A stretch of DNA of 64,000 nt from Saprospiraceae bacterium (GTDB lineage: Bacteria > Bacteroidota > Bacteroidia > Chitinophagales > Saprospiraceae). The notes beneath the pieces are model-generated. The model ran no database searches, had not been told where the DNA came from, and was given only the letters and a program-made list of their open reading frames with translations. The stretch covers positions 6,846-70,845 of the forward strand of contig JADZFD010000078.1 in NCBI GenBank assembly GCA_020850225.1. Reading direction: 5' to 3'. Both the position numbers and the translations under genes were made by a program. Shown one piece after another: positions 9,204 to 19,046 of this stretch (position 1 is its first letter; each line of letters starts with the position of its first letter).

Positions 9204-10475
9204 TCACTCTAATATCTTTTCTACTGAGATACCACGAGAACCTTTCAACAAGATTTTTTTGTTCTGATAGCCCTGAGCAACGAAGTATGCCTTTGCCTCT
9301 GATATATTTGTAAAGAAATGTCCTTTATGCCCATCGGATAGGCTTGATAGCATAGGGCCGATATATATAATGTCAATAAAATTGTACTGTTCAATCATCC
9401 GAATCAATGCTAAATGCTCTTCCTGGCTATATGTCCCTAATTCGAACATATCTCCAATGACAATGACTTGGTCGCCGCCCAACCTGACAAAACTTTCTAT
9501 ACTCGCTTTCATGGAAGAAGGATTGGCGTTATAGGCATCCAAAATAATCTTATTCCCATTATATTCTAAAATCTGTGAACGATTATTTTCCGGTTTGTAG
9601 TTCATAATAGCCGTATGGATGTCAGTCTCAGCAACACCGAAATACTGACCGCAAGCTATTGCAAATGCGATGTTGGACAGGTTATATGTACCGTACAAAT
9701 GCGTTTGATATACTTTATCTTTGTATTGATACGCTAATATATCCGTATTTTGAGCATTAATATGTAGAACAGATGCATGAAAAGTTAGTAGATGCGCATC
9801 TGTTGGGAGCAGCGATTTTAAAATTTCGTCATCCATATTAACAAAAATATGGCCGTCGGCAGCAGCCACATATCTGTACATTTCAGATTTACCCCTTTTT
9901 ATGCCTTCCACACCACCAAATCCTTCAAGATGTGCTTTCCCTATATTGGTTATAACACCATAATCCGGTCGGGCAATATTACAAAGCATATCAATTTCTC
10001 CCTGATGATTGGCACCCATTTCGATTATAGCAAATTCGATATCATCGCTGATTGACAAGATAGTAAGTGGTACACCAATGTGGTTGTTCAGATTGCCTAT
10101 GGTTGCATAAACTTTATATTTTGCTGACAGGACATCTCTAGTCAGTTCTTTAGTTGTAGTTTTCCCATTAGATCCTGTAATGGCAAGAAATGGAATTTTT
10201 AATTGACTCCTGTGATATCCGGCAAGATGCTGAAGGGTTTCCAATGCATCTTCCACCCATATAACTCTTGCATTGTCGTTATTTTTAAAAGCGGTGTCAT
10301 CAACAACTACAAAATCAGCACCTGACTCAATAGCGTCATATGCAAATGTATTGCCATCAAATTTGTCACCTTTTAATGCAAAAAATATACATCCTGGATT
10401 GACTTTACGACTGTCGGTAACAATACCTGTGGATTGTTTCCAATGATTATATAAAATATCTATTTCCATAAACAA
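9204..10475 (-). CDS. murF: UDP-N-acetylmuramoyl-tripeptide--D-alanyl-D-alanine ligase
   Basis: 423 aa. It has the Mur ligase P-loop ITGSNGKTTTKE and DAYNANPSSM, and sits next to gldJ as in Flavobacterium johnsoniae. Confidence 0.9.
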   Translation of the reverse strand: MFMEIDILYNHWKQSTGIVTDSRKVNPGCIFFALKGDKFDGNTFAYDAIESGADFVVVDDTAFKNNDNARVIWVEDALETLQHLAGYHRSQLKIPFLAITGSNGKTTTKELTRDVLSAKYKVYATIGNLNNHIGVPLTILSISDDIEFAIIEMGANHQGEIDMLCNIARPDYGVITNIGKAHLEGFGGVEGIKRGKSEMYRYVAAADGHIFVNMDDEILKSLLPTDAHLLTFHASVLHINAQNTDILAYQYKDKVYQTHLYGTYNLSNIAFAIACGQYFGVAETDIHTAIMNYKPENNRSQILEYNGNKIILDAYNANPSSMKASIESFVRLGGDQVIVIGDMFELGTYSQEEHLALIRMIEQYNFIDIIYIGPMLSSLSDGHKGHFFTNISEAKAYFVAQGYQNKKILLKGSRGISVEKILE

Positions 10476-10477
10476 AA

Positions 10478-10503
10478 AAACCTTTGCTATAGAGCAAAGG
10501 TTT
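10478..10503 (-). terminator. rho-independent terminator after gldJ
   Basis: AAACCTTTGCT-atag-AGCAAAGGTTT hairpin, followed on the minus strand by TTTTTTTGTT, which runs directly into the murF ATG at 10475. Confidence 0.65.
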
Positions 10504-10530
10504 ATATTTTAAATAATTTAAATAAGATAA

Positions 10531-12030
10531 TTATTTATATCTTCTTTTAATTGTTTTTCCACTTTCTTTAAATCTGTTACCACCGACGTCTTCATTACCT
10601 GCCTGACCTCCTACTCTTATCATGGCACATCTGAATCCGATTGTCCTATCGGACTTATCTTCATCCTTGTATCTGCGTGCTCCCGGAGACAACCAGAATA
10701 ATCTGTCAGCCCATGAACCTCCTTTATATACTTTGGATTTGTTACTAACCAGGGTAGTCTCACCATATAAATAATTTATGTATTCGGCATCACCGTCATC
10801 ATAATCACGAAGGTCACCTTTCTTATAATTCTCTCTGTCACGGGCTTCTTCATCATCTACATATCTTTTCTTCAGACTTCCCAATGAATCCTTTTCAACT
10901 GGTTTACCTTCTTCATCCAATATTAATTGCTGGAACTGGTTACCTCTGAATGGGTTCAGGTCGTGATTTTCTACATCATTCAATGTCAGGGATGTCATTG
11001 GTCTATAGGTATCTTCTGTCCACTCATTGACATTACCTGCCATGTTGTATAAACCAAAATCGTTAGGAAAATATGCACGTACAGGTGCACAGAAAGATGC
11101 GTTGTCATTCAGATTACCTGCAAGACCCATATAGTCTCCACGTCCTCTTTTGAAGTTGGCAAGGATACGTCCCTGATTTTTAGTTCTCTTTTTATATCTG
11201 GCAGTATTGCCATTCCATGGGAAAAATCTTCTGTCCAGATATACTTCATCTTCGGAAGTAGGTTGATTGCCCTGTAAAGCAAGTGCTGCATACTCCCATT
11301 CAGCTTCTGTAGGAAGTCTGTAATCAGGCAATAATATACCATCATCAAACATCACCTGACGTTCTCCGCCAGTTGCCAGGTCAGGTAGATTTTTATTCAC
11401 ACTACCCTGATATTGTCCTGTAAGATATGCTTTTGAATCAAATACATTTGAATCGGTACCGTCATTGGACAAGTGTAATATACCTCTCTCCACAAGTATC
11501 ATTTCATTCACCCTGTTGGATCTCCACTTACAGAAATCATTCGCCTGCAACCAGGTAACACCCACTACAGGATAATCGTCATAAGAAGGGTGTCTGAAAT
11601 ATGTTTCTACCAAAGGTTCATTAAACGCGAGTTCTTCCCTCCATACCAATGTATCCGGTAATGCCTTTCTGTATACTTCAGGATAACTTACATATTTATT
11701 TCTCAACCAGTGCAGATATTCTCTGTAGTTGATATTGGAAACTTCAGTTTCATCCATATAGAAAGATGATACAGTAACTCTTCTTGGTACATTATTAAAT
11801 TCGTAGGTTACATCATCCAATGTAGTACCCATATTAAAGGTTCCACCTTCTACAAGTACGAGATTAGGGCCATTGATCTGACCTTCATAATCCTTCTTTT
11901 CAAACCCACCCCATTCGGTATCATTATATTTCCATCCTGTAGATGAGGATACTTCTTCTTTCCTGCTGCAGGAAGTCATTAATATGGCAATAACAGCCAG
12001 TAAGCTTAATGGATTAATTAAATTTTTCAT
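10531..12030 (-). CDS. gldJ: gliding motility lipoprotein GldJ (SUMF1/FGE-like fold)
   Basis: The start is taken at MKNLINPLSLLAVIAILMTSC (lipobox). The upstream part of the ORF-track ORF (to 12105) contains the predicted -7 box. SUMF1-like motifs are present (RVxRGGSW-like GGSWADR; NVNEWTED). Confidence 0.85.
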   Translation of the reverse strand: MKNLINPLSLLAVIAILMTSCSRKEEVSSSTGWKYNDTEWGGFEKKDYEGQINGPNLVLVEGGTFNMGTTLDDVTYEFNNVPRRVTVSSFYMDETEVSNINYREYLHWLRNKYVSYPEVYRKALPDTLVWREELAFNEPLVETYFRHPSYDDYPVVGVTWLQANDFCKWRSNRVNEMILVERGILHLSNDGTDSNVFDSKAYLTGQYQGSVNKNLPDLATGGERQVMFDDGILLPDYRLPTEAEWEYAALALQGNQPTSEDEVYLDRRFFPWNGNTARYKKRTKNQGRILANFKRGRGDYMGLAGNLNDNASFCAPVRAYFPNDFGLYNMAGNVNEWTEDTYRPMTSLTLNDVENHDLNPFRGNQFQQLILDEEGKPVEKDSLGSLKKRYVDDEEARDRENYKKGDLRDYDDGDAEYINYLYGETTLVSNKSKVYKGGSWADRLFWLSPGARRYKDEDKSDRTIGFRCAMIRVGGQAGNEDVGGNRFKESGKTIKRRYK

Positions 12031-12063
12031 TGATTGATATTCTAATTTTACAATTTTAGCGCC

Positions 12064-12071
12064 CAAATATA
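12064..12071 (-). promoter_or_regulatory. -7 box TATATTTG (minus strand) for gldJ
   Basis: Plus strand reads CAAATATA, with 33 nt to the ATG at 12030. Confidence 0.45.
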
Positions 12072-12141
12072 AGCATAATTTAAAAAGCACAAATTTTTTT
12101 AACAAAAAAAAGATAATTTATTCAGTATTTTATGAAAAACA

Positions 12142-13167
12142 TTAGCGAAATATCTCAAAACAATCATTAAAGTTCTGTTTTTTAGGATAGAGATAGTCAA
12201 AATTTACCCCTATTCCAAGCTCGTGACTGCCTCCCTGATCCAACCCCAATTCTGACATCGTCAGGTCAAAACTATATGTAAGACGAAGGAAGTCTTTTTT
12301 AATTCCAAAAGATGCTATCAAGGCATCATTATTATAAAATGTATGTCTGTACCATAACCCACCATGCACCTGATTGACAGATAGATAAGCACCTGCTACT
12401 ACCTGATTGAAATTCTTCTGCCTTTGCAACATGAGATTCGGTGATAAAAACGTTCCGATTCTGTTTTTATTGCCCGGCTGTAATATGATTTGTCCTCCTG
12501 CATGGAGTGAATACCGGATGGGTACATTAAGAAGCGATCCGGATGTATTTGAAGAATTACCTAAAAAATGAAGTTCAGGACTATTTATATTCTTTACACT
12601 TGCCCCGATATAATAATTTGAATTGTATAATAAAAAACCGGCTCCTAGCCTCAGATGATTGAGAGAAAGATTGTCAGCAGGTACTTCTATGCTGGATATT
12701 TGGGTACCTCCGGGTGTTCCTCCCTGTAATGTAGCTTCCAATGCATCTCCAAACTGTAATTTTTGCCAGTCAAGAGCTGTATTGCTCCAACCTGCTTCAA
12801 TGCCACCCTTGATATAGATTTCCTTTTTTATACGTATTCTGTAACTATAATAAGCATTCAGGTTCGTAGTTTTGAGCGTACCATCACCTGCATTATCTGT
12901 TAGCAGAGAAAGCCCTAATCCACCATTAATGTTGTCAAAATACTGGTCGTAACTCAGTGCGTATGTCGTATATATATTCCCTAATCCCGGCCATTGATTC
13001 CGATAATGCAGCGTAAACATAGGTGTGTACGTATTCCCTGTAAAAGCAGCATTCATGTGTAAGGGCGTATTATAGAATTGACTGAATACCGGATCTTGTC
13101 CGGATACCCACATCCAACAACTGAATTGTATTGCAACTATATACAGGATTTTACCGATACGCACCAA
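12142..13167 (-). CDS. PorP/SprF family type IX secretion system membrane protein
   Basis: 341 aa. The family-typical N-terminus QDPVFSQFYNTPLHMNAAFTG follows the signal peptide. The start is non-ATG (GTG at 13167, or TTG one codon upstream). Confidence 0.85.
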   Translation of the reverse strand: MVRIGKILYIVAIQFSCWMWVSGQDPVFSQFYNTPLHMNAAFTGNTYTPMFTLHYRNQWPGLGNIYTTYALSYDQYFDNINGGLGLSLLTDNAGDGTLKTTNLNAYYSYRIRIKKEIYIKGGIEAGWSNTALDWQKLQFGDALEATLQGGTPGGTQISSIEVPADNLSLNHLRLGAGFLLYNSNYYIGASVKNINSPELHFLGNSSNTSGSLLNVPIRYSLHAGGQIILQPGNKNRIGTFLSPNLMLQRQKNFNQVVAGAYLSVNQVHGGLWYRHTFYNNDALIASFGIKKDFLRLTYSFDLTMSELGLDQGGSHELGIGVNFDYLYPKKQNFNDCFEIFR

Positions 13168-13234
13168 ATCATTTTAATTTTACAACTCACATTAATGCAG
13201 CCCGTTTCTTAACACTTATTGTGCAATAGAATGA

Positions 13235-13242
13235 CAAAGATA
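13235..13242 (-). promoter_or_regulatory. -7 box TATCTTTG (minus strand) upstream of porP/sprF
   Basis: Plus strand reads CAAAGATA, with 67 nt to the start codon. Confidence 0.35.
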
Positions 13243-13382
13243 GACGTTTAATATCTGATTTTCTTTAATTATTAACAAAATTTTATATTAAATAAACAAT
13301 AAAGGTGTTTTAGTATTAATATTGAGCATCATTTTTGTATTTCCATATTCAATTTTGAATCGGAACAACAGTTTAGACAAGC

Positions 13383-16300
13383 ATGAGTTTTGAAAGATAT
13401 TTTTTAAAGTGTTTATTTTCTTGTATATTTATAAGCTACAGTGTTGTGATCTTCTCACAAGGTAGCGATGATATTCAACTTCCATTGCGATGGAGCCATA
13501 CCCATCTGAATGAAGGGCCAATGAAACTGGAAGCGTATGGTATCTACAATGAAAAGCTACCGGAAGTTGATGCAGTTTACTTTACCCAACCTTATTTTAA
13601 CCGGGAAATACAGCAAGCTGAACTAGTAGTTGTTTCTTCCCAAATCATTTCAGTTCCGGACAGTATTGCTTTAAGGCTAAGTGATTCATTTACTTATGAT
13701 ATCAGTGTCATAGAAGTAAGAAACCAATATGAACTTCAGCTATTTCTGAATCCGATCAGAAAAGTCAATAACAATCAGGCAGAAGTTATCACCAAATTTT
13801 CCATAAATTTCAATTACGATATACCATTTCCAATACAATCCAGAAATCCGGAGGCAACCTTTCAATCTGTATTAGCTTCAGGCGACGTATATAAAATAAA
13901 GGTTAGTCAAACAGGCCTGTATAAAATCACCAAAACATTTTTAGAAAATGCATTGGGTATCAATATCAATACCGTTAATCCTAAAAAGATAAAGATATTT
14001 GGCAACCGGGGCGGAAGAATTCCTGAAGCCAACAATATTCCCCGTCAGGATGACCTGAAACAACTCAGTATATATGTAGCAGGAGAGGCTGATGGAAAAT
14101 TTGATGCAGGAGACTATATCCTGTTTTATGCAGAAGGAGCTGATCTTTGGTCATATAACTACGATATGCAATCCTATAATTTTGATAAAAATATATACGA
14201 TGACTTTAACTATTATTTCATCAAAATTGATAGTGAAGACGGGCTTAGAATAGAAAAACCAGCTGAAATCACAGGTAGCCCGGATTTTATTACGTCAGTA
14301 TACGAAAAACTTCAGAGATGGGAAGAAGATAAAACCAATCTTTTAGGCAGTTTCAATGCTACCGAAGGCACCGGAAAGGATTGGTATGGAGATATATTTA
14401 ACAGTGTGAAGGAAAAAAAATACACTTCTTCTTTTAATTTCTCTGATCTGGAAATGGATTCTACTATACATCTGACGATGGCTTTTGCTGCCAGAGGAAA
14501 AAACTCAAGTAGTGTAACCATTAAAACAGGCGATAAATCTTTTTCAAAAAACATTTCTTCAGTCAATACCATTAATTTTGAAAGTTTATATGCCCGAAGA
14601 GTCGCATTCAATGAAAAATTCAAATTAAACACGGTTACGCCTGAAATTACATTATCATTTCCACAGGCTTCCATAGACAATACCGGATGGTTAGACTATA
14701 TACAATATGTCAGTAAGCATCGATTAAATACGTCCTCTACCCTGCAATTTGCATTCAGGAACAGTGAATCACAGCCTTATAATATTGCTGCATTTGAAAT
14801 ATCAGACATTAAAGACGGGACAATCTGGGAAATTACTGATCCATTCAATCCCAAACTCAGTACATTAACAGGCAATCTGCTTAAGTTTTTACCTGAAAAA
14901 CAAAATAAGGAATTCTTATTTCATCATTTGGACAAAGGAGCATACGAGCCAACAGCGGTTGGTAAAGTACCTGCTCAGAATCTTCATGCCATGCTTGACG
15001 AAGATATGATTATAGTTTATCACCCTGATTTTAAAACAGAAGCTCAACGATTGGCCGGCTTTCGCAACCAACAATCAGGACTCAGGGTATTGCTGGCAAG
15101 TACTGAAGAGATCTATAATGAATTCGGTGGTGGAAAAGCCGATCCGGGAGCCATAAGAGATATGGCAAGATTGCTTTTGTTTCGTAATCCCGCATTTAAG
15201 TTCCTGCTTTTGATGGGTGACGGCAGTTATGATTATAAAGGAACAGATAAAAATCTATCCTATGAGAACTATATACCCGTCTATGAAACAGATGAATCCC
15301 TGGATCCTATCAATGGTTTCCCTTCAGATGATTTTTATGGATTACTTGGAGAAAATGAAGGTGCAGACCTTCGTGGTGGTCTGGATATATATATCGGCAG
15401 ATTACCCGTACGTAATGTAAGTGAAGCCAAAACCATAGTAGATAAAATCATACATTACGAAACCAATCCGGCTACCCTGGGAGACTGGCGTACCAGGACA
15501 GGCTTTGTATGTGATGATGAAGATGGCAATACGCATATTCGCGATACAGATGATATCGCCCGTAAGGATGAAAGCCGCCATCCATTGTACACACAGCAGA
15601 AGATATATATTGACGCTTACAAACAAGTGTCCACATCCGGTGAAAAGCGCTATCCGGATGCCAACAAGGCAATCAACAACAACATATTCAAAGGTTTGCT
15701 ATCCATGACCTATCTCGGACACGGAGGACCGTTGGGCTGGGCACAGGAGCGCATTTTAACTATTCCTGATATAGAAAGCTGGACGAATGCCGACAACCTG
15801 ACGCTTTTTATTACGGCAACATGTTCATTCGGAGCGTATGACAATCCTTCAAAACTCAGCCCGGCAGAATATGCCATACTGAACCCTAAGGGTGGAGCCA
15901 TAGCACTCATGACGACAACAAGGGCTGTATATACCAATACCAACAAACTTCTTACGGATGCCACACATGAGAATCTGCTTGATAAAGTGCAAGGTGAGCG
16001 CCCCACTTTAGGTTATATAATGACTGAAGGGAAAAACAAATATCAGTCCGATAATTCATTCAGGGTTAACTCACGGAAATTCGTATTGTTAGGAGATCCT
16101 TCCATGCCGCTGGCATTGCCAAAATACAATATAGTGACCGAGAAAATCAATGGCTCGGATGCGGCACTGGCAACTGATACTATGGCTGCTCTCCAAAAAG
16201 TACAGCTAAGCGGATATATAGCAGGTAGTGACAATGCAATCCTGTCAGACTTCAATGGTACTCTGTATATAACCGTTTATGATAAAAAATCATCACTGCG

Positions 16301-17213
16301 TACTTTGTCCAATGATGGTAACACTTCATCCGTGTTCCCATTTACAATGTACAAGAATATATTGTTCAAAGGTTCAGCTACGGTAAATAACGGAAGATGG
16401 ACCGTCAGTTTCAGAATACCTAAAAATATTGATTACAATTATGGATATGGGCGTATCACCTATTATGCACATGATGGTCAGAGCCGTGACGCTTCCGGAA
16501 ATTATGACAAAATCATCATCGGCGGCTCCTCCTCCGACCTGTTGACTGACAATCAGCCACCTCAATTATCCGCCTATATGAACGATGTAAGTTTTGTTCA
16601 TGGAGGCATAACCAATTCCAGTCCTGTACTCCTGCTGCATTTATCAGACGACCTTGGTATAAATGTAACCGGAAATGCCATTGGACAGGATATTACTGCT
16701 ATACTGGATGGAGACAACAGGAATATTCTTATACTGAATGATTTTTACGAAGCACAAAAGGATGATTACACTTCCGGTATAGTAAGATACCCTTTGAGTA
16801 AACTTTCTGCAGGTAGTCATTATATCACAACCAAAGCCTGGGATATCTCCGGCAACTCAGCAGAAACACGTATAGATTTTATTGTAGCTGACCTTAACGA
16901 CAACAAATTGAAAAGGGTACTCAATTATCCCAATCCGTTTACTTCCCACACGCAGATACAGTTTGATCACAATTTACCCAATACCGAGCTGGATATTGTA
17001 GTCAACATCTATACAATTACCGGAAAACTTGTAAAAAGTATCACCGAAACAAAATATTCTACCGGATTTAGAGTTAATGATATTGTCTGGAATGGAAAGG
17101 ATGATTTTGAAGGAGATTTAGCCCGTGGAATATATCTGTATAAGGTATTAATACATTCAAAAGAACTAAACATTACCAAGGAGAGTAATTTTGAGAAGCT
17201 TATTAAGTTATAA
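13383..17213 (+). CDS. porU: type IX secretion system sortase PorU (C25 peptidase family)
   Basis: 1276 aa. It has a gingipain-like His/Cys dyad context (YLGHGGPLGW; FITATCSFGAYD), its own CTD (LNYPNPFTSHTQIQFD...GIYLYKVLI), and is followed by porV. Confidence 0.85.
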   Translation: MSFERYFLKCLFSCIFISYSVVIFSQGSDDIQLPLRWSHTHLNEGPMKLEAYGIYNEKLPEVDAVYFTQPYFNREIQQAELVVVSSQIISVPDSIALRLSDSFTYDISVIEVRNQYELQLFLNPIRKVNNNQAEVITKFSINFNYDIPFPIQSRNPEATFQSVLASGDVYKIKVSQTGLYKITKTFLENALGININTVNPKKIKIFGNRGGRIPEANNIPRQDDLKQLSIYVAGEADGKFDAGDYILFYAEGADLWSYNYDMQSYNFDKNIYDDFNYYFIKIDSEDGLRIEKPAEITGSPDFITSVYEKLQRWEEDKTNLLGSFNATEGTGKDWYGDIFNSVKEKKYTSSFNFSDLEMDSTIHLTMAFAARGKNSSSVTIKTGDKSFSKNISSVNTINFESLYARRVAFNEKFKLNTVTPEITLSFPQASIDNTGWLDYIQYVSKHRLNTSSTLQFAFRNSESQPYNIAAFEISDIKDGTIWEITDPFNPKLSTLTGNLLKFLPEKQNKEFLFHHLDKGAYEPTAVGKVPAQNLHAMLDEDMIIVYHPDFKTEAQRLAGFRNQQSGLRVLLASTEEIYNEFGGGKADPGAIRDMARLLLFRNPAFKFLLLMGDGSYDYKGTDKNLSYENYIPVYETDESLDPINGFPSDDFYGLLGENEGADLRGGLDIYIGRLPVRNVSEAKTIVDKIIHYETNPATLGDWRTRTGFVCDDEDGNTHIRDTDDIARKDESRHPLYTQQKIYIDAYKQVSTSGEKRYPDANKAINNNIFKGLLSMTYLGHGGPLGWAQERILTIPDIESWTNADNLTLFITATCSFGAYDNPSKLSPAEYAILNPKGGAIALMTTTRAVYTNTNKLLTDATHENLLDKVQGERPTLGYIMTEGKNKYQSDNSFRVNSRKFVLLGDPSMPLALPKYNIVTEKINGSDAALATDTMAALQKVQLSGYIAGSDNAILSDFNGTLYITVYDKKSSLRTLSNDGNTSSVFPFTMYKNILFKGSATVNNGRWTVSFRIPKNIDYNYGYGRITYYAHDGQSRDASGNYDKIIIGGSSSDLLTDNQPPQLSAYMNDVSFVHGGITNSSPVLLLHLSDDLGINVTGNAIGQDITAILDGDNRNILILNDFYEAQKDDYTSGIVRYPLSKLSAGSHYITTKAWDISGNSAETRIDFIVADLNDNKLKRVLNYPNPFTSHTQIQFDHNLPNTELDIVVNIYTITGKLVKSITETKYSTGFRVNDIVWNGKDDFEGDLARGIYLYKVLIHSKELNITKESNFEKLIKL

Positions 17214-17268
17214 ATATACAATTTAACAAATTTAATTAGTAATATTGCGCCAGTTTTAAACACAGAAT

Positions 17269-18510
17269 ATGAATTTTAACATTAAAAATCTCTATTTAAG
17301 TATAATATTTCTATTACCTGCATTGCTTCAGGCACAGGTTTTCGATCCCAATAAAGGTTGTGTAATTGATAATAATGGAAATTGCGTATCCAACACTTTA
17401 CTCACCGCCATGCCTTTTTTGCGTATCACACCGGATGCCCGTTCAGGAGCCATGGGAGATATGGGTCTGGCACTGAGTCCCAATTCCAACTCCATGCATT
17501 TCAACGCATCCAATCTTGTCTTTTCGCCTCAGGAATCCGGTTTTTCCATAACCTACACGCCTTGGCTGACTAACCTGAATCTGGACGATATATTTCTGTT
17601 ATACACTTCAGGATACTATAAGATAGATAAAAATTCGGCTATTGGTGGCTCTATCCGGTTTTTCTCTTTGGGTGATATCGACTTTACGGATGCTCAAGGT
17701 GGATCTCTGGGTACAGGAAGACCGCGTGAAGGTGAATTTTCAGTAGCATACGCCCGAAAATTAGGTGACAAATTATCAGCTTCCCTTACCGGTAAATATA
17801 TATTCAGCAATCTGGCTTCCGGTCAGCAGGTGAATGGTGTTGATATCAACACAGCCAAGGCATTTGCTGCTGATCTTGGCGTTAATTACCGTACAAACTC
17901 TACATTGTGGGGATACAAGAGTGAGGTGTCTTTAGGAGCAGCTATAACCAATATAGGTTCTAAAGTATCCTATACCAGAGACAACTTAGTCAAGGATTTT
18001 ATACCGGCGAATATGGGTTTAGGGACGGCAATAAAACTGAATTTTGATCAGCACAATACACTTACCTTTGGCGTTGATTTCAACAAACTGTTAGTTCCCA
18101 CACCCATTGCTTATAAAATGATTGATGCCAACAATAATGAAATCGTCAATCCTGAATGGGATAAAGATGGAAATGATATAGCTGATTACCGTGAAAAATC
18201 ACTTTTCTCCGGTATTTTAGGATCATTTACGGATGCTCAGGGCGGTTTCAGGGAGGAATTAAAAGAAGTAGCCGTAAGTATTGGAGCAGAATACTGGTAT
18301 GATAATCAATTTGCTTTCAGAACAGGCTATTACTGGGAAAGTCAGGAAAAAGGTAACAGACAGTATTTTACAGTTGGTGCTGGTATCAAGTACAACGTAT
18401 TTGGAATCGATCTTTCTTATCTGGTACCTACTTCTGTTATTCCAAACCCATTGGATAATACACTCAGATTTTCTCTTTTGTTTGACTTCTCATTGTTTCA
18501 GGCAGATTAA
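17269..18510 (+). CDS. porV: type IX secretion system outer membrane shuttle protein PorV (LptO)
   Basis: 413 aa. It has the motif PFLRITPDARSGAMGDMGLALSP, a beta-barrel-like alternating sequence, and sits downstream of porU. Confidence 0.85.
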   Translation: MNFNIKNLYLSIIFLLPALLQAQVFDPNKGCVIDNNGNCVSNTLLTAMPFLRITPDARSGAMGDMGLALSPNSNSMHFNASNLVFSPQESGFSITYTPWLTNLNLDDIFLLYTSGYYKIDKNSAIGGSIRFFSLGDIDFTDAQGGSLGTGRPREGEFSVAYARKLGDKLSASLTGKYIFSNLASGQQVNGVDINTAKAFAADLGVNYRTNSTLWGYKSEVSLGAAITNIGSKVSYTRDNLVKDFIPANMGLGTAIKLNFDQHNTLTFGVDFNKLLVPTPIAYKMIDANNNEIVNPEWDKDGNDIADYREKSLFSGILGSFTDAQGGFREELKEVAVSIGAEYWYDNQFAFRTGYYWESQEKGNRQYFTVGAGIKYNVFGIDLSYLVPTSVIPNPLDNTLRFSLLFDFSLFQAD

Positions 18511-18541
18511 TTTGTAATTGACTTATTAGATATATCCAAAT

Positions 18542-18581
18542 ACAAAAAAGGGAGTAAAAATTGTTTTACTCCCTTTTTTGT
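18542..18581. terminator. bidirectional rho-independent terminator between porV and rbfA
   Basis: Perfect 18-bp stem ACAAAAAAGGGAGTAAAA / TTTTACTCCCTTTTTTGT with a 4-nt loop. The A/T runs lie inside the arms, so it reads as a terminator on both strands. Confidence 0.8.
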
Positions 18582-18599
18582 ATCTATGATGCAAATTTG

Positions 18600-18977
18600 T
18601 TATTCCTCTTCCTGAACAGAAGGCGGATACATTTTTTTAACATTTTCAAACATCGCATCTATTTTAAACATTTCATCGATGGTTTCATCTGAATAGAAAT
18701 GTACTACCGGAATCCGGCGTACCTGACTTTTGATGCGTTGTACCAATGCCTGCTTTAAAAGGTGTGTATGATTGGAAATGCTTTTCAGCACACCTTCCTT
18801 GTCATTTGTATTAAAAATACTGACATAAATCTTGGCTTGAGACAAATCAGGAGCTACTTTTACAGTTGTCACTGAAACGAATGCGTCACCATATATGTAG
18901 CGTCCATGTTCCTGCAGAATAGGAGCAAAACTTCGCTTAATCAACTCACCAATTTGCAATTGTCGCTTACTATCCAT
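18600..18977 (-). CDS. rbfA: ribosome-binding factor A
   Basis: The start is taken at MDSKRQLQIGELIKRSFAPIL (ATG 18975-18977). The ORF-track N-terminal extension overlaps the recG promoter and start. Confidence 0.85.
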   Translation of the reverse strand: MDSKRQLQIGELIKRSFAPILQEHGRYIYGDAFVSVTTVKVAPDLSQAKIYVSIFNTNDKEGVLKSISNHTHLLKQALVQRIKSQVRRIPVVHFYSDETIDEMFKIDAMFENVKKMYPPSVQEEE

Positions 18978-19000
18978 GATCAATAGTGTTATAATTAGTG

Positions 19001-19008
19001 CAAAATTA
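19001..19008 (-). promoter_or_regulatory. -7 box TAATTTTG (minus strand) for rbfA
   Basis: Plus strand reads CAAAATTA, with 23 nt to the rbfA ATG. Confidence 0.4.
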
Positions 19009-19009
19009 A

Positions 19010-19017
19010 TAAATTTG
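19010..19017 (+). promoter_or_regulatory. -7 box TAAATTTG for recG
   Basis: 29 nt to the TTG at 19047. It lies back-to-back with the rbfA box. Confidence 0.4.
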
Positions 19018-19046
19018 CGGATAAAGACGTTGTTAATATTAATAAT

